Assembly: GCA_964016885.1 (NCBI GenBank)
Contig: OZ024757.1
Coordinates: 23,126,001-23,190,000, forward strand
DNA length: 64,000 bases
Direction of reading: 5' to 3'
From: Eledone cirrhosa
Taxonomy: Eukaryota
Position 1 is the first letter of the stretch, and each line of letters starts with the position of its first letter. Below, piece after piece: positions 40,785-55,487 of this stretch. The position numbers and the translations under genes were made by a program. The notes beneath the pieces were generated by a model. It did no database searches and had not been told where the DNA came from. It worked only from the letters and a program-made list of their open reading frames with translations.

Positions 40785-41089
40785 CAAAGTGCGTTTTATA
40801 AATTTTGACATAACCAAGGAACATACCTTAACAGTTGAAGTTTTCCTGGGATAGTGAACTTAAAGACAGATTTTTTCAAAACTGATAGGATGAGTATGCA
40901 AATGAATATGGGTGCTCTGAATCAGTTATAAACATTTATATTTGTTGAATTACCGACAAATTGAATATCCCTTCTGCTTATACATGTCATATATATCTTG
41001 CCAGCAGTAAATGACAATGATGACAATGCACGCACACATATACTTATATTTTATATAAATCTATACATATATATACATATACTATATGC

Positions 41090-42108
41090 TCACACATACA
41101 CACATATATGTTTGTATGTGTGTGTATGTATATATATGTGCATATATATATATATTTGTATGTGTATATGTATGTATGTATGTGTGTATGTATATATATA
41201 TGTGCATATATATATTTGTATGTGTATGTATATGTATGTGTGTGTATGTATATGTGCATATATATATATTTATGTATATGTGTGTATGTGTGTGTTTGTA
41301 TATATATGTGCGTATATATATTTGTATGTGTATATGTATGTGTGTGTATGTATATATATGTGCGTATATATATTTGTATGTGTATATGTATGTATGTGTG
41401 TGTGTATGTATAATATATGTGCGTATATATATTTGTATGTGTATATGTATATATATATGTGCGTATATATATTTGTATGTGCATGTGTATGTATGTGTGT
41501 GTATGTATATATATGTGCATATATATATTTGTATGTGTATATGTATGTATGTGTGTGTATGTATATATCTGCATATATATATTTGTATGTGCATATGTAT
41601 GTATGTGTGTGTATGTATATATGTGTGCATATATATATTTGTATGTGTATATGTATGTATGTGTGTGTATGTATATATATGTGCATATATATATTTGTAT
41701 GTGTATATGTATGTTTGTGTGTGTATGTATACATATGTGCATATATATATTTGTATGTGCATATGTATGTGTGTGTATGTATATATATGTGCGTATATAT
41801 ATTTGTATGTGCATACGTATGTATGTGTGTGTATGTATATATATGTGCGTATATATATTTGTATGTGTATATGTATGTATGTATGTGTGTGTATGTATAT
41901 ATATGTGCGTATATATATTTTCATGTGCATATGTATGTGTGTGTATGTATATATATGTGCATATATATATTTGTATGTGCATATGTATGTATGTGTGTCT
42001 ATGTATATATATGTGCGTATATATATTTGTATGTGTATATGTATGTATGTGTGTGTATGTATATATATATATGTGTGTATATATATTTGTATGTGTATAT
42101 ATATATCT
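41090..42108. repeat. Compound TG/TA minisatellite (~50-bp units)
   Basis: Anchor tatatatttgtatgtg recurring. Confidence 0.95.
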
Positions 42109-42109
42109 A

Positions 42110-42500
42110 AGAACAAAGCGAAACCTACAGTCAGTAGGCACATCTTAACAAAAATACACCGCCGTCCCACTACCCCCCACCCCATCCACACCACCCATTT
42201 CAATGTAAAGTTATGTTGGTACCACAGGATCCAGTCTGAAACAAATGAGGTCGTGTCACTACAAAAAAAAACACACAGTCCACGATGTAATGTGGCCGTG
42301 TAGGTAACACGGTAAAAACCTCCCAGTCCACACTGTAAACATGGTTGGTGTTAGGAAGGGCATCCAGCCGTAACAAACACGCCAGACAGTCCTATACGAG
42401 CAAAACAACCAATCTTGCCTCAAGTGGGAAAATTCCCGTCCAACCCCATGCAAGCGTGGAAGATGGATGTTAAACGATGATGATGATGATGATGATGATG
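42110..42500 (+). mobile_element. RTE 3' UTR/tail
   Basis: Similar to 29330-29745; ends (GAT)n. Confidence 0.85.
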
Positions 42501-43097
42501 ATATGTGTGTGTGTGCAACGAAAAAGAATTTACATGAGAATACAGCTTTATGTATGTAATTTGTTTCACAGAGTTTACTGTAATCCAATTGTGGATAAGA
42601 AATGATCTTAACAAACAACAACAACAACAAACAATTTACTAAAAACAAAACACAACTGGACAAAAGTAACGTTATGTTGACTGTAAGTCTCTTGAGGCTT
42701 GTCATCAAAACTGAAACTCTTCTCAGTGATTGCAATGATTGATATTATGCACTGTCGCAATCCCTTTTTTTGCTTTCTTTTCTCGTTTAACATATAACAA
42801 TCACAATATCTCTCAGAATGTAGGTAAAAGATATTTATTTGATTGAAGAGAGCCAATAATCAAGGAAAAATAAATTTGTCTCAGGAAAATAAAATATTAT
42901 TTGAAATATTGACACATCTTTAGAATTTATCAAAAGAACCTTATGTATGTGTGTGTGTGTATATATATCTATATATTAGCATGCATATATAATATATATA
43001 AATTTATATACATATATCTCTATATACACATATATATATACATTCATACATATATATATTCTTATATATTATTTCCTTGTTCATGCATTATCTGTGT

Positions 43098-43128
<31 letters not shown>

Positions 43129-43302
43129 ATATATATAAATTTACATACATATATCTATATATATATACATTTATACATATATATATTCTTGTATATTATT
43201 TCCTTATTCATGCATTATCAGTGTACGCACACACACATATATATATATGTATATATATATATATTTATATTTATATATAAATTTACATACATATATATAT
43301 AT

Positions 43303-43352
<50 letters not shown>

Positions 43353-43447
43353 TTACATACATACATATATATATATATATATACACATATATATATACAT
43401 TTATACACATATGCATACATATATATTCTTTCCTTATTCGTGCATTA

Positions 43448-43491
<44 letters not shown>

Positions 43492-43853
43492 GATAATGTG
43501 CTTAGTTTATTACTTTGAGAGAAATAAAGTGGTCTATTGAGGAAAATGAGAATTTTTTTTCCAAGTTTCTTAATGTCTCCAAAAGTCTAAATTATTATCT
43601 CTTGGGTTCAGTTGAGAAAATTACTGAAATGGGTTGGCTTGGTTTGGAAATTCAGAAGCGGCGATGTTTCTTTTAGTTGTGCATTCGAGTATGGATTGGT
43701 GAGAGTACACATAGATTTTGCTGACATTTTAAGACTGTAAATTTGCTTCTAAGCAGATGGACAAATGTCCATTTAGAAACCAAATGAAATTGCCTTAGCA
43801 AGACCTCTTTGAAAAGTATAAAACAGCACTACTCATAACAGTGATCACATTAA

Positions 43854-44063
43854 TCCTTTGGCATTTAAACCGGCTGTATCCGACCAGAATTCACTCACTT
43901 CTTTCTGTTCAAACCAGCTGGAACTTGCCACTCATAGCGATGTTAAGGTACTGTTCTCAAAATAAATAATATCAAAATCTCATAGATTCGATATTATGTA
44001 AGATAAAGCCTTTGCCACAAAAAAATAAAATAGTAAATATAGAGCAATGTAAATGCTAAAGAG
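43854..44063. mobile_element. piggyBac-like MITE
   Basis: TTAA|tcctttggcattta ... taaatgctaaagag|TTAA. Confidence 0.7.
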
Positions 44064-44394
44064 TTAAACATTAAAGTCTTTACTGCAATATTGTAAATAT
44101 TCACAATGTAAAGACACTATGAATATTTGAGTTAATAAACCACATTTGGAAGACATTCATCAAAGATATAAAACATCACTATATAAGCATAACATTAAAA
44201 ATTAAAATCTTTTCTTTAATACTGCAATCTTTCACAATGATCTGTTCACTAGTAAAGATATGTTGAATTAACAAACCACATGAAACTGCAGTAGCAAGAC
44301 ATGTTTGGAAAATATATGGCTTCACATTAAAATCCCAAATCTTCACTTTAATACTGCAAGTTTTCACAAACTTTTGTCCATTAATAAAAGTGTA

Positions 44395-44940
44395 TAGCCT
44401 AGAGGTAAGGGTGTTGGACTTATGATCATAATGTCATAGGTTCAATTCCTGGACTGAGTTGTGTGGTCCTGAGCAAAACACTTCATTTTATATTGCTTCA
44501 GTATACTTAGCTGAAAATGAGTACCAACAGTAGCTGGGAGTTTATCCCTTAAACGGCTTGTGTCCTGTCCAGGGTGGACAGTCGCTTAATGGCAAAAAGA
44601 CCAGGATAAGCACTGGCCTCGTGGACCACCAGGCTTTTGACTGACTTTACACTTGGATTAAAGATACTATAATTACTTTATGCCCCCACACCCCCCCACT
44701 GCAAGGTGGTCGTGGAGATGCCACGGCAAAAAAGCACCCAGCCCACACTGTAAAGTGGACGTGTAGGCGCCACGAAAAAGCACCCAGCAAATGAGGTTGG
44801 TGTTAGGAAGGGCATCCAGCTGTAGAAATCAAGCCAAATCAGTTCCTGTATGAGCAAGGCATGGTCAGCTGACCAGACACTGCCCACAACAGGACAACCC
44901 GTCTAACCCATGCTAGCGTGGAAGAACGGATGTAAAACGG

Positions 44941-44970
<30 letters not shown>
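44395..44970 (+). mobile_element. Old CORE-SINE (44395-44650) followed by RTE tail type A (44680-44970)
   Basis: ggttcaattcctggact..cctgagcaaaacacttcatttt; the tail matches 6237-6515. Confidence 0.75.
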
Positions 44971-44972
<2 letters not shown>

Positions 44973-46243
44973 GGTGCTTAGATATATTCTGCAAGTTCAT
45001 TTCAAAATTTTAAAAGTGCGATGAATATATTTGATAATCTGTGTGTTAACTTGGATATGCAAATTTATTCTGACCTATATTTTCTTTCCTATTTATACAT
45101 AATTTATGTTTAGATGTATATTTAGATACACACAAGCAATCAAATTCATACACACATATATGTGTGTTTGTGTGTGTGGGTACATATGTAATATATATGT
45201 AATATAAATATATGTGTGATTATGTGTGTGCGTGTGTACATATACATATATATGTGTGTGCTGTCTGCGTGTGTGTATTTATTGATTAAACCTTGATATA
45301 GTAAATTTCTACTCCTAATTATTCTAATTAGTTGAGTTGTCTTAATGGGACCTGCTCGGTTCTATTTTTAGCATTCCTTACGACCTGTCCTCTTATATCT
45401 GCCATTCTGTTAAACATTGTGAAGAACATCTTCCATGGACAGGTATCTAGTAATTTTGCACTGTGTGAGATATGTATAGAAGACCTAACCTTACCAATGA
45501 AGAAAATCATGGCCTTAAGATGCTTATTATCAAAATCAATAATTAGTGACTGATGTTAATTACTAAGATTGATGGTTTGCATCTTTTTCTTTTCATTTCC
45601 AGAAACAGATCTATCTAAGGCACTATAGGCTATGTTACCATCTTGAAGTAAGTATATATTATTTGATCTCTACGTACGAAATACTATTAATTTCTCATTT
45701 GATATATACCTCTTTATATAACGTTTAAACTTGTATAATTCATGCTTTAAATTTATGTTCATGGAACTTTTTTATTGAGCAACATAATCGATACAAATTT
45801 TATATGTATTGATTAAAACTTAATATAGTATATATATATATATATATGTATATATAATCGTCATCATCGGTCTTACGTCCATGCTAGCATAGGTTAGATG
45901 AGTTGTTCTGTTCTGGGCAATGCTAGGTCAGGTGACCATGCCTTGCTTATACAGAACTGATTTTGGCTTGATTTCTACAGCTAGATGCCCTTCTTAATAC
46001 CATTTACAGTGAGTACTTACACGACCACTTTACAGTCGAAGGCTGGGGCATACTGTATATATGCTTCAGCTTGTGCCCATGGGAAGTTGGGTCTTCTGTA
46101 TTACTGCATAACACCAGAGACCTCGTTCCTGTGTCATCACCTTTGCAAGGTGCAAAGTCAGCTTTTATCACCTCATCCCAAGTCTTCCTGGGTATACCCA
46201 CTCATAGGCTTCGATTGACATATATATATATATTAAAGTAAAG

Positions 46244-46585
46244 GTACATGGCTTAGTGGTTAGAGCATTGGCCTTGCAATCGAAAGGTTGTGAGTTCAAT
46301 TCTCAGACCGGGTGATGTGTTGTTTCCTTGAGCAAGAGACTTTATTTCACATTGCTCCAGTTTACTCAGCTGCAGAAATGAGATGATAGGGACTGGGTCC
46401 ATATCATTCCACTGAAAAGTGGTCGTGGAGGTGCCACGGCAAAAAAGCACCCAGCACTCACTGTAAATGAGGTTGGTGTTAGGAAGGGCATCCAGCTGTA
46501 GAAATCATGCCAGAATCAGTTCCCGTCCCACCCTTGCAAGCAGGGAAAAGCGGACGTAAAATGAAATGATGATGATGATGATGAT
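46244..46585 (+). mobile_element. Full CORE-SINE with RTE tail type B
   Basis: Same head and CORE as 29768, but ends cccgtcccacccttgcaagcagggaaaagcggacgtaaaatg..(GAT)n. Confidence 0.9.
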
Positions 46586-46878
46586 ACATATATGTGTAGG
46601 AGGTGAGTTTTATTGTAGTACAATAAAACAATGCAGATATCGGATAAGTAGCACTCTACAGTTTGTAGGACTGGAGTATAAATAATATATAAGATCAAAA
46701 GATTGTTAAAAATATGATATGTTGATTTAAAACTGCACTATTCACAAGTGTTTTTTAACCTTCATATCATGTCTCCCTATTTTATTTGACGAAAACGCAA
46801 ATGTCATCGCATGATGATATTTGTTTTTGAAATGCGCATAATAAAATACATGGAACTCTTTTAACCATCTTTTGATCT

Positions 46879-46911
<33 letters not shown>

Positions 46912-48479
46912 TTGTGTGTGCGTGTGCGTTAAAAATTAATTGTATGGTTCCCACATCAAATTTGAATGTGGTAAGGCAATTATTATCAACCCATTAAACT
47001 TTGACATTTCATATTACGTAAAATTAGAATTAACAAACCAGTTTTTAGATATTTTCTGCTCAATCATTACAGGATATTAAGGATTGATTAAGGAGTTAAT
47101 TAACTCTATTCGTTTGCTGAGCAAGTAAGGAATAAAAATGTTGGGAGGAAAATTGAAAGCCTAGTGCTCTAGATCAGAAGCCCCTTGAGATAATATTTTC
47201 TTTTACATAGATTCACTTGTTGCACTTGCCTTTAGAAATGTTATGAACTAGTGAACAACTTATTAGACACCTCTGACTAACAATAATATCATTCATAAAT
47301 CAAGATATTGAAATAAATGAAATAACTAAACAAATGTATGCCTCCAAAACCCAGGAGTGTTTTAAGAACCAGAGCTGGGAAATTATTATGAAGATGATGG
47401 TAAAAAAAAAAATAAAGATGCTAACAAATTTGAAGAATTTAAAAGAAAACTATAATGAAATGCTAAAATTAAATAAGAGTTTCTACCTGCAGGTTGCCTG
47501 GAATTTTCTAGAAATTCTGTCATGCTGATATCTCAAGTGTTTTCCTGTTTTTAATTTAACGAAAACAGCTTTTGTAAAAACGATGCTCTTTTTTTTTTTA
47601 TTTATTTACTACATGTCATGAGTAAATGTTACTGTTACTAACCCCCCCCCCTACCACTCCCAATTATCTTTTTTTTTTATTTCTTCAATAATACAAAACA
47701 TGAATACTTCGGAGGAAATGAAAGCAACCACCATAATCACCACTAACAGTAGAGGAATATATATACATGTGTGTATATATATATATATATATGTGTGTAT
47801 TTAATTTAAAAAGATAAAATTAGATTTTAAATTGTTTACTTGTTATTCAGTAAGGGGTTCTGGTGCATCAGTACAAGGATGAAGTAAAACAAACATTGAA
47901 CTACTTTAATATTATTGTTTACTCAGGGACAATTGATGGAGTTGACTATCTGCTACTGAGGTGAATATGCCAGACAGGGTACAGATGTAAACTTCAAATC
48001 AACATTGAAGACGAGATTGACAAACAGTTCAAAGCTTTCATATCGATGTTTACTGAGAGGCAGTTGATGTATTTTATTGTCTTGTCTTAAGGAGAAAATG
48101 TCACAAGAACCAAAACACTTGCTTGAGGTGTGGGGGGGGGGGGGGGTTTCTTCTATGAAGACCTTCTGCTGTCCAGCTCTCCTGGGACTTTCTTACTATA
48201 GGGCACAACTTCTTTCAAATCAACATTAAAGACAAGATTGACAAACATTTCAAAAAGGTTTGATATCAATGCTTACTGAGGGGTAGTTGGAAGTGTGAAG
48301 TCTTAAGATGTAACTTCAAAGTAACATTGCAACACTAAAGACAAGATTTACAGAAACAAGTTTCTGTTGGGACTCTTGGCCCACAGTTGTGCTCCAATTC
48401 TCATATCCTTGTTGCCAATCATGTTGTCCAATGCTCTACTAATACTGCCATTCTACTACCCCAAATACTGTATATAATA

Positions 48480-48900
48480 ATTGTTTCTACTTTTGGCACA
48501 AGGCCAGCAATTATCCCAGTGCATTACTGGTACTTTATTTTATCGACCCCCTGTAAGGATGAAAGGCAAAGTTAACCTCGGCGGGATTTGAACTCAGACC
48601 GTAAAGGGACGTAACTATGCTGGAAAGCATGGTGTCCGACTCTCTACCGATACTGCCAATCCACCGCCGTATATATAATAATGGTTTCTGATTTAGGCCT
48701 AAGACCAACAAGTTTGGAGATGGGCAAAGTTGATGAAATCAACCCTAGTACACTACTGGTACTTTATTTTATCCCCTTCATATGGATGAAAGGCAAAGCT
48801 AACATCAGTGGGATTTGAAATCAGAATGTAAAGGGCTGTAACTAAATTCCACAAAGCAATTGATCCGATGTTCTACCGATTCTACCAATTCACTGCACTT
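48480..48900 (-). mobile_element. Two tandem Meta-type SINEs
   Basis: ctggtactttattttatc...ggatgaaaggcaaag, twice. Confidence 0.85.
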
Positions 48901-49949
48901 CTATTGATTTTTTTCTTTGCCCCAAGCGCGACAGATGACAGAGCATTCGAAGAACAGATTATAAAAATCGATTGTGAAAAAAGAAAAGAAAACATTCATG
49001 GTAAACAATATTATATATATAATAGTATATATATATATATTATCAGCATCATTTAACGTCTGCTTTCCCTGCTAGCAAGGGTTGGCCAGGTCTACATAGA
49101 CCAAGTTAGTACTGAAGCTGGGCTACTGACCTCACAGACAGGCTCAGGGGGTCTGTAACCCACTTTCGTATGGTCATATGTCCACCAAGAGCCTATCAAG
49201 GACCAACCCCCCCTCCCATATATAAGATTACCATGGCTACTAAGTGCAATTGCGTACTCTCCTGTGTTCTGTAAGCCTGTTGAGAGTAAGTCTATTTACC
49301 TGAACCAAGTTTACCAATTTCCACCCCATCTTTCAGTGAATACACTAAAAAAAAAAATCAGCAGCTTCATCTCCACCCAAGCTTTCTTCTCAAAAATGGA
49401 AGTTGAAAATAACCTGAAAAAAATGTACCAGAAAACTCCCCCAATAATAAACCAGTAAACAACATTGCCCCACCATTACCATGTTTACTTCCTTGAAATT
49501 ACTTTTTCATAAAGCTCGCTCTACATTATCTGATTATAGGTTGGCTACAAATAGAGCTCCTATCACATTCAAACTAAAATTGGGATTTTCTGTTAAATTT
49601 TAACTAGTTTTTGATCTATTGCTGTTCTAGTCTAATTGCTTCTTTCTATATCTTTAGAAAATTTACCAATTTTGGTATTAGAATCGTGGCTTTTTTTTTT
49701 TTTTAGTGTTTGTGTGTGTTTTTTTTTTGTTTTTTTCTTTGTTTTTTTTTGTCAGTTCTATTTTTGATTTTTTGCATTATTCTTTTAAAAATTTCTTATT
49801 TCTTTTTCATCTTTATTCTTTTACTTTTGGGTTGATATTTTTTTCTCTTTGTCACTATATCTGATATATAAGTTCCCCAGTGGCTAACCAATATTACAAT
49901 CACCTTTTGATTCCACTTTCTTTTGGTTTTGTCTTTTCTCTTTTACGTT

Positions 49950-50650
49950 AGTGTGTGTGTGCGCGTGCGTGCATATGTGTATGTGTCTGCGTGTATGTGT
50001 GCATGTGTGTAAGTATGTGTGTGTGAATGTGTGTTTATATACATATGTATGTGTGTGTATGTGTATATATAGATATATATGTGTGTGTGTATGTGTGTAT
50101 GTATGTGTGTGTATGTGTGTATGAATGTGTATGTATGTGTATGTATGTATGAGTATATGAGTATGTGTGTATGTATATGTATGTGTGTGTGTGTGCAAGT
50201 GTATATATGTGTGTGTGTGTGTGTGCAAGTGTATATATATATGTGTGTGTGTGTGTATGCGTGTGTATGTCTGTATATGTGCATATATGTATGCATGTGT
50301 ATGTGTGCATGTGTGTAAGTATGTGTGTGTGAATGTGTGTATATATACATATGTATGTGTGTGTATGTGTGTATATAGATATATATATGTGTGTGTGTAT
50401 GTGTGTGTGTGTATGTATGTATGTATGTATGTGTATGTGTGTATGAATGTGAATGTATGTGTATGTATGTATGTGTGTATGTATATGTATGTGTGCAAGT
50501 GTATATATATGTGTGTGTGTGTGTGCAAGTGTATATATATATGTGTGTGTGTGTGTATGTGTGTATATATATATGTGTGTGTGTGTGTGTATGTGTGTGT
50601 ATGTGTGTATATATATATGTGTGTGTGTGTGTGTATGTGTGTGTATGCAT
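49950..50650. repeat. Compound (TG/TA)n tract with an internal ~300-bp duplication
   Basis: gtgcatgtgtgtaagtatgtgtgtgtgaatgtgtgt at ~50000 and ~50305. Confidence 0.9.
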
Positions 50651-51009
50651 GTATTGTTATGTATATGTTTCTTTATATTTTCCTCCCAATAACCTCTCCA
50701 ACTATATTTATCTTATTTACTCCCACTCAGCCAAGTAACAGAACAAGTCTTTTTTTTCCATTGCAACACCAAAAGTCTCACAAATTCCTTCAGAAAACTA
50801 CACTACAAACTACACCAATGGACCAACTCCCAACAGAAGCTAACAATTCTAGTGTTACTTAATTTATTTGTTTCTTTCTTTTTTCCCACACCTAAATGAT
50901 TAACTTTTAGTGTCTTGTACCGCTTGAAATCGCATTAGTAAGACACTCTTGAAAGTCATAAAACAGCCATATTTCTGTATCACATTTAAAATTAACATCT
51001 TCATGCTAA

Positions 51010-51492
51010 CTAGCAGAAAAACCACGCTTCGGGTGGTTTTCTGCTAGCATGTGTAGTGTGTGTATTGATATTATACACAAGTATATATACATGTAGATAT
51101 GATCCGTCAAATAAAATCGTAATTGACAATATACACAGAAATTGAACGAAGACTGTGTTACACTGTTTTATTTAATCAGTAATGTAATCCATGATACATT
51201 AAAAAAAGACGATATTATATATAAACTTCATTAGGAGAAAATTAGTGACAGAAATATATGAATATTTATTTAATCGGTCACTAACTGGAAGTGTTGACAT
51301 TTAAAAATTTTAAAGAAGTGAATCTTTAAATAAGTAATAAAATATATTTCATGAACAGCCACAAAATTTAGTAGATAAATTATGTAATATTCATTCATTA
51401 TTTATTCAAAGTAATCCAACTTATTTTACTAAGGGGAGAAATATTTATAAACCGTATGCAGTCCCGTGCTCCTTACTTTATTATAGTTTAGA
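51010..51492 (-). mobile_element. Non-autonomous Helitron, second copy
   Basis: Same TC...CTAG ends, A|T insertion site and subterminal hairpin as 17093-17580. Confidence 0.85.
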
Positions 51493-51569
51493 TGCTTCGA
51501 TTGTTCTATCGATTATTGATAATCTGCCACCTTCGATAGACAGATATTTAGATTACGTTTGTTGAGTTC

Positions 51570-52150
51570 AGCAATTACCCAGTGCATTACTGGTACTTTA
51601 TTTTATCGACCCCGTAAGGATGAAAGGCAAAGTTAACCTCGGCGGGATTTGAACTGAGGCCACAAAGGGCCGTAACTCTTTGCTGCAAAGCATGGTGACT
51701 GCCCCTCTACCAATACTGCCAATGGTTTCTTATATAGGCACAAGTCTATCAATTTTGGGGGAGCAGAAAGTCGATTAAATCGACCCCAGTGTGTGACTGG
51801 TACTTTATTTTATCGATCCCGTCAGGATGAAAGGCAAAGAAGTTAACCTCGGCGGGATTTGAACCCAGAACGTAAAGAGCCATAACTCTATGCTGCAAAG
51901 CATGGTGTCTGCCCTAGTAATAATAATAATGGTTTCTGATTTAGGCACAATACCAGCAATTTGGGGGGAGGGGGAACATCAATTAAATTGACCTCAGTAC
52001 ATGACTGGTACTTTATTTTATCGACACTTTTACAGATGAAAAGTGAAGTTAACCTTGGCCGGATTTCAACCCAGAACGTAAAGAGCCATAACTCTATGTC
52101 ACAAAGTTTGTTTCGCGACGCTCAAACGATTATTGCCAATTTCACTGCCA
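51570..52150 (-). mobile_element. Three tandem Meta-type SINEs
   Basis: ctggtactttattttatcga, three times. Confidence 0.85.
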
Positions 52151-52455
52151 CAAGAACAATAATTAACCAAGATTGTTAAAAATATAATTTCTGAAGCCCC
52201 TATTAAATATGAACTAAAGTAAAAATTAATATTCATTTAAACGAGATTAATGTATAAGAGAATTTTATAGTTTGTATTCAACATGGGTTTCAATTGAAAT
52301 ATTGTTCATTATAACTTCCTAAGTGGCAATTTAATATTCAAATAAAACACTAAATCCCTTTAGAATTGTAGATATAATTTAATCAATTAATACATGTTTA
52401 AGGTCAGTTGTAATGAAAATCATTTACAATGACATTATGTATATATATGTGTGTA

Positions 52456-52502
<47 letters not shown>

Positions 52503-52741
52503 ATCTTTATCTACCTATTAATTTATTGATACATACATCTCTCTCTCTCCCTCCCTCCCTCTTAATCTATTTATATTTACAATTCTGCCCCCCCCCCCCA
52601 TCTTTCTCTGTATATATCTATGTATATATATATCCTTCTCTTTACCTATCAATCTATATATATATATACATCTCTCTCTCTTTCTCAATCTATTTATATA
52701 TACATGATGATTTCTCATCTCCCTCTGTATGTATACATGTA

Positions 52742-52801
<60 letters not shown>

Positions 52802-53061
52802 GTCCTATGCAAGCAAGACAACCACTCTTGCCTCAAGTGGGAAAACCCATGCAAGCGGGGAACATGGACGTTAAACGATGATGATGGTGATATATATACA
52901 TATATATATACATATATATATACACACACATATACATACACACACACACATACATATATACACACACACATATACATATATATATACACACACATATATA
53001 TATACACACACACACATATACATATACACACACACATATATATATACACACACACATATAC

Positions 53062-53096
<35 letters not shown>

Positions 53097-53593
53097 CACA
53101 CATATATATATATATATATATATATTCTAACACAAAATCCATTCACTCTTTTGTATCCAGATTTCTAACAATACAATGCCTTTGTTTTCATTAGATTTCA
53201 AAGTAATCAAAAAATGTGGAATTGCTGAGTAAAACAGCAGCAGTTTCGTATGAAGTCAGTTGTGCTGAATAGAAACAATCAAAAGATCCTCACATAAAAC
53301 GATAATGGATCTTTGCTCTCAACATATCTTTTATATAACATTTTAGTTAAAATATGAACACTTTAAACCTTTTCATACAAAATCGTCTGAAACTGCCCTT
53401 GGTTCTATGATACAAAATTGTTTATTTTAAAGTGTTTGTTGTAATTTTATATCAGAACCTTTGTTAAGTTATGTTCCAAACACTAACTTAATCATGATAA
53501 TTTTAGATATATTATTAATTCCTTTCACTCATTCCATGATATGTAACTGTTTGTTTTAAAGTGTTGATAAACTTTGCGTTTTATACATTCGAT

Positions 53594-53985
53594 GACCGGG
53601 TGATGTGTTGTTTCCTTGAGCAAGACACTTTATTTCACATTGCTCCAGTTTACTCAGCTGTAGAAATGAGATGATAGGGACTGGGGTCCCTATCATTCCA
53701 CTGCAAAAGTGGTCATGGAGGTGCCACGGCAAAATGGTACCCATCACTCACTGTAAAGTGGACGTGTAGGTGCCACGGAACAAAAGCACCCAGCACTCAC
53801 TGTAAATGCGGTTGGTGTAAGGAAGGGCATCCAGCTGTAGAAATCAAGCCACAATCAGTTCCCGTATGAGCAAGACAAGGTCAGCCGACCGGACACTACG
53901 CACAACAGGACAACCCCCATCTAAACCCATGCAAGCGTGGAAGATGGACGTTAAACGAAGATGATGATGATGATGATGATGATGA
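53594..53985 (+). mobile_element. 5'-truncated CORE-SINE with RTE tail type A
   Basis: gaccgggtgatgtgttgtttccttgagcaagacac...ccatgcaagcgtggaagatggacg(GAT)n. Confidence 0.85.
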
Positions 53986-54327
53986 GGTCAATAATGATGT
54001 ACTGGTCAAGTACTGGGATCAATTCTTCCTCTGTGTCTCTTCCTTTCTCTCACTCACTCTCCTACTCTGGAAGAAATCTGCTGTATTCAGATATGGAGAG
54101 TAGATGAGCTCTGCCAGGTTTTTAAATGCCCAAGAAATGCTGTATGTCAATACAGTACCTCTACAATTCCCTAAGGAGTTAGAGGTCCATACCATACCAT
54201 ATTTATCTAAAAACCTTCCGTCATTCTTTTATACAAGAACATTTATTAAGTTATGTTCCAAATGGCAGCTTGATAATTTGAAATTTATATTTCTTAATCC
54301 CCCCTCAATACTTATTTATCAAATGAA

Positions 54328-54663
54328 AGTAGAACCTCGCACTATGATTGCCCCATTCTATGAATAGTGTGCTGTTCAAACCAAGGCTCAAGCAAATGTT
54401 TGTCTTGTAGTATGAGTGGAAATTTGCAGTACAAGCGAGTTTCAACTGTTAGCCAACACTGACCTCACACATGCTCTCCCAACAAGCGCAGCCTCCATTA
54501 GATCAGTTCATGTGTTTATTTCATTGTGGCAGCACCCCTATTGTGTTTTCCCTGTGGTTTTTTATTTTTTTAGTTTTGGGTATTTTTTGCTATTATTTTA
54601 TAATAACTGCTTTTTTTCTGTTTAGAACCCATAAAAAATGAATTTAGGGTGGAGTTTTTTGGA

Positions 54664-54712
<49 letters not shown>

Positions 54713-54806
54713 CTGGAATGGATTACTTATATTTCAATTAATTTCAATAAAGAAAATTGATTTGTAAAATTAGTAAATCGGTCATAGTACTTGAGGTATC
54801 ACTGTA
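54328..54806. mobile_element. Possible pogo/Tigger-like MITE containing a 47-nt poly-G (54666-54712)
   Basis: agtagaacctcg ... tgaggtatcactg|TA; the left end is imperfect. Confidence 0.45.
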
Positions 54807-55300
54807 TTCGAAAATCATAAGCAGTGTCTTTAATTAAAAATATGGTAACAAAAGGATTAAAGTGTTTATATTTATCTAAAAACTTTTCATCATAATTTTA
54901 TGTAAACACCTTTGTTAAGTTATGTTCTTGACACCAGCTTAATGGGAGAATTAGTTATTTTACTAAATCCCTCCAAATTCTTGATTTGAAAATTCTAAGC
55001 AATATCTTTCATTAGAAATATGATGACATATTTATCTTAATTCCTTCCATCATAATTTTGTTTAAAAATCTTTGTTAAGTTATGCTCCAAACACAAACCT
55101 AATAATAAGAAATCTATTATTGATACTAACAAATTCTGGATTTTTTTCAGTGTATGGTAAATTTTGCCCTTCTTTCTCTTAGGTTCACAAAATCGGTATG
55201 AGTGTTGGGAGGGATCTCATACAGAACACACCCTACAAAATTTACAAACCAGTATATATGATACAAATCATTATTATAATTACTATTATCATCATTATCC

Positions 55301-55341
<41 letters not shown>

Positions 55342-55409
55342 TTTATATATATATATGTGTGTATATATATATTAAGTTTCTTCTGCAAATTTATAAACCT
55401 ACATTTAAA

Positions 55410-55487
<78 letters not shown>

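Noticed and set aside
45604-45647. Micro-exon-like segment (tttccag...gtaagt)
   Set aside because: It lies within a dispersed repeat whose other copy (11190-11475) lacks the splice signals.
54666-54712. 47-nt poly-G as a functional element
   Set aside because: Homopolymer length is unreliable and may be a sequencing artefact.
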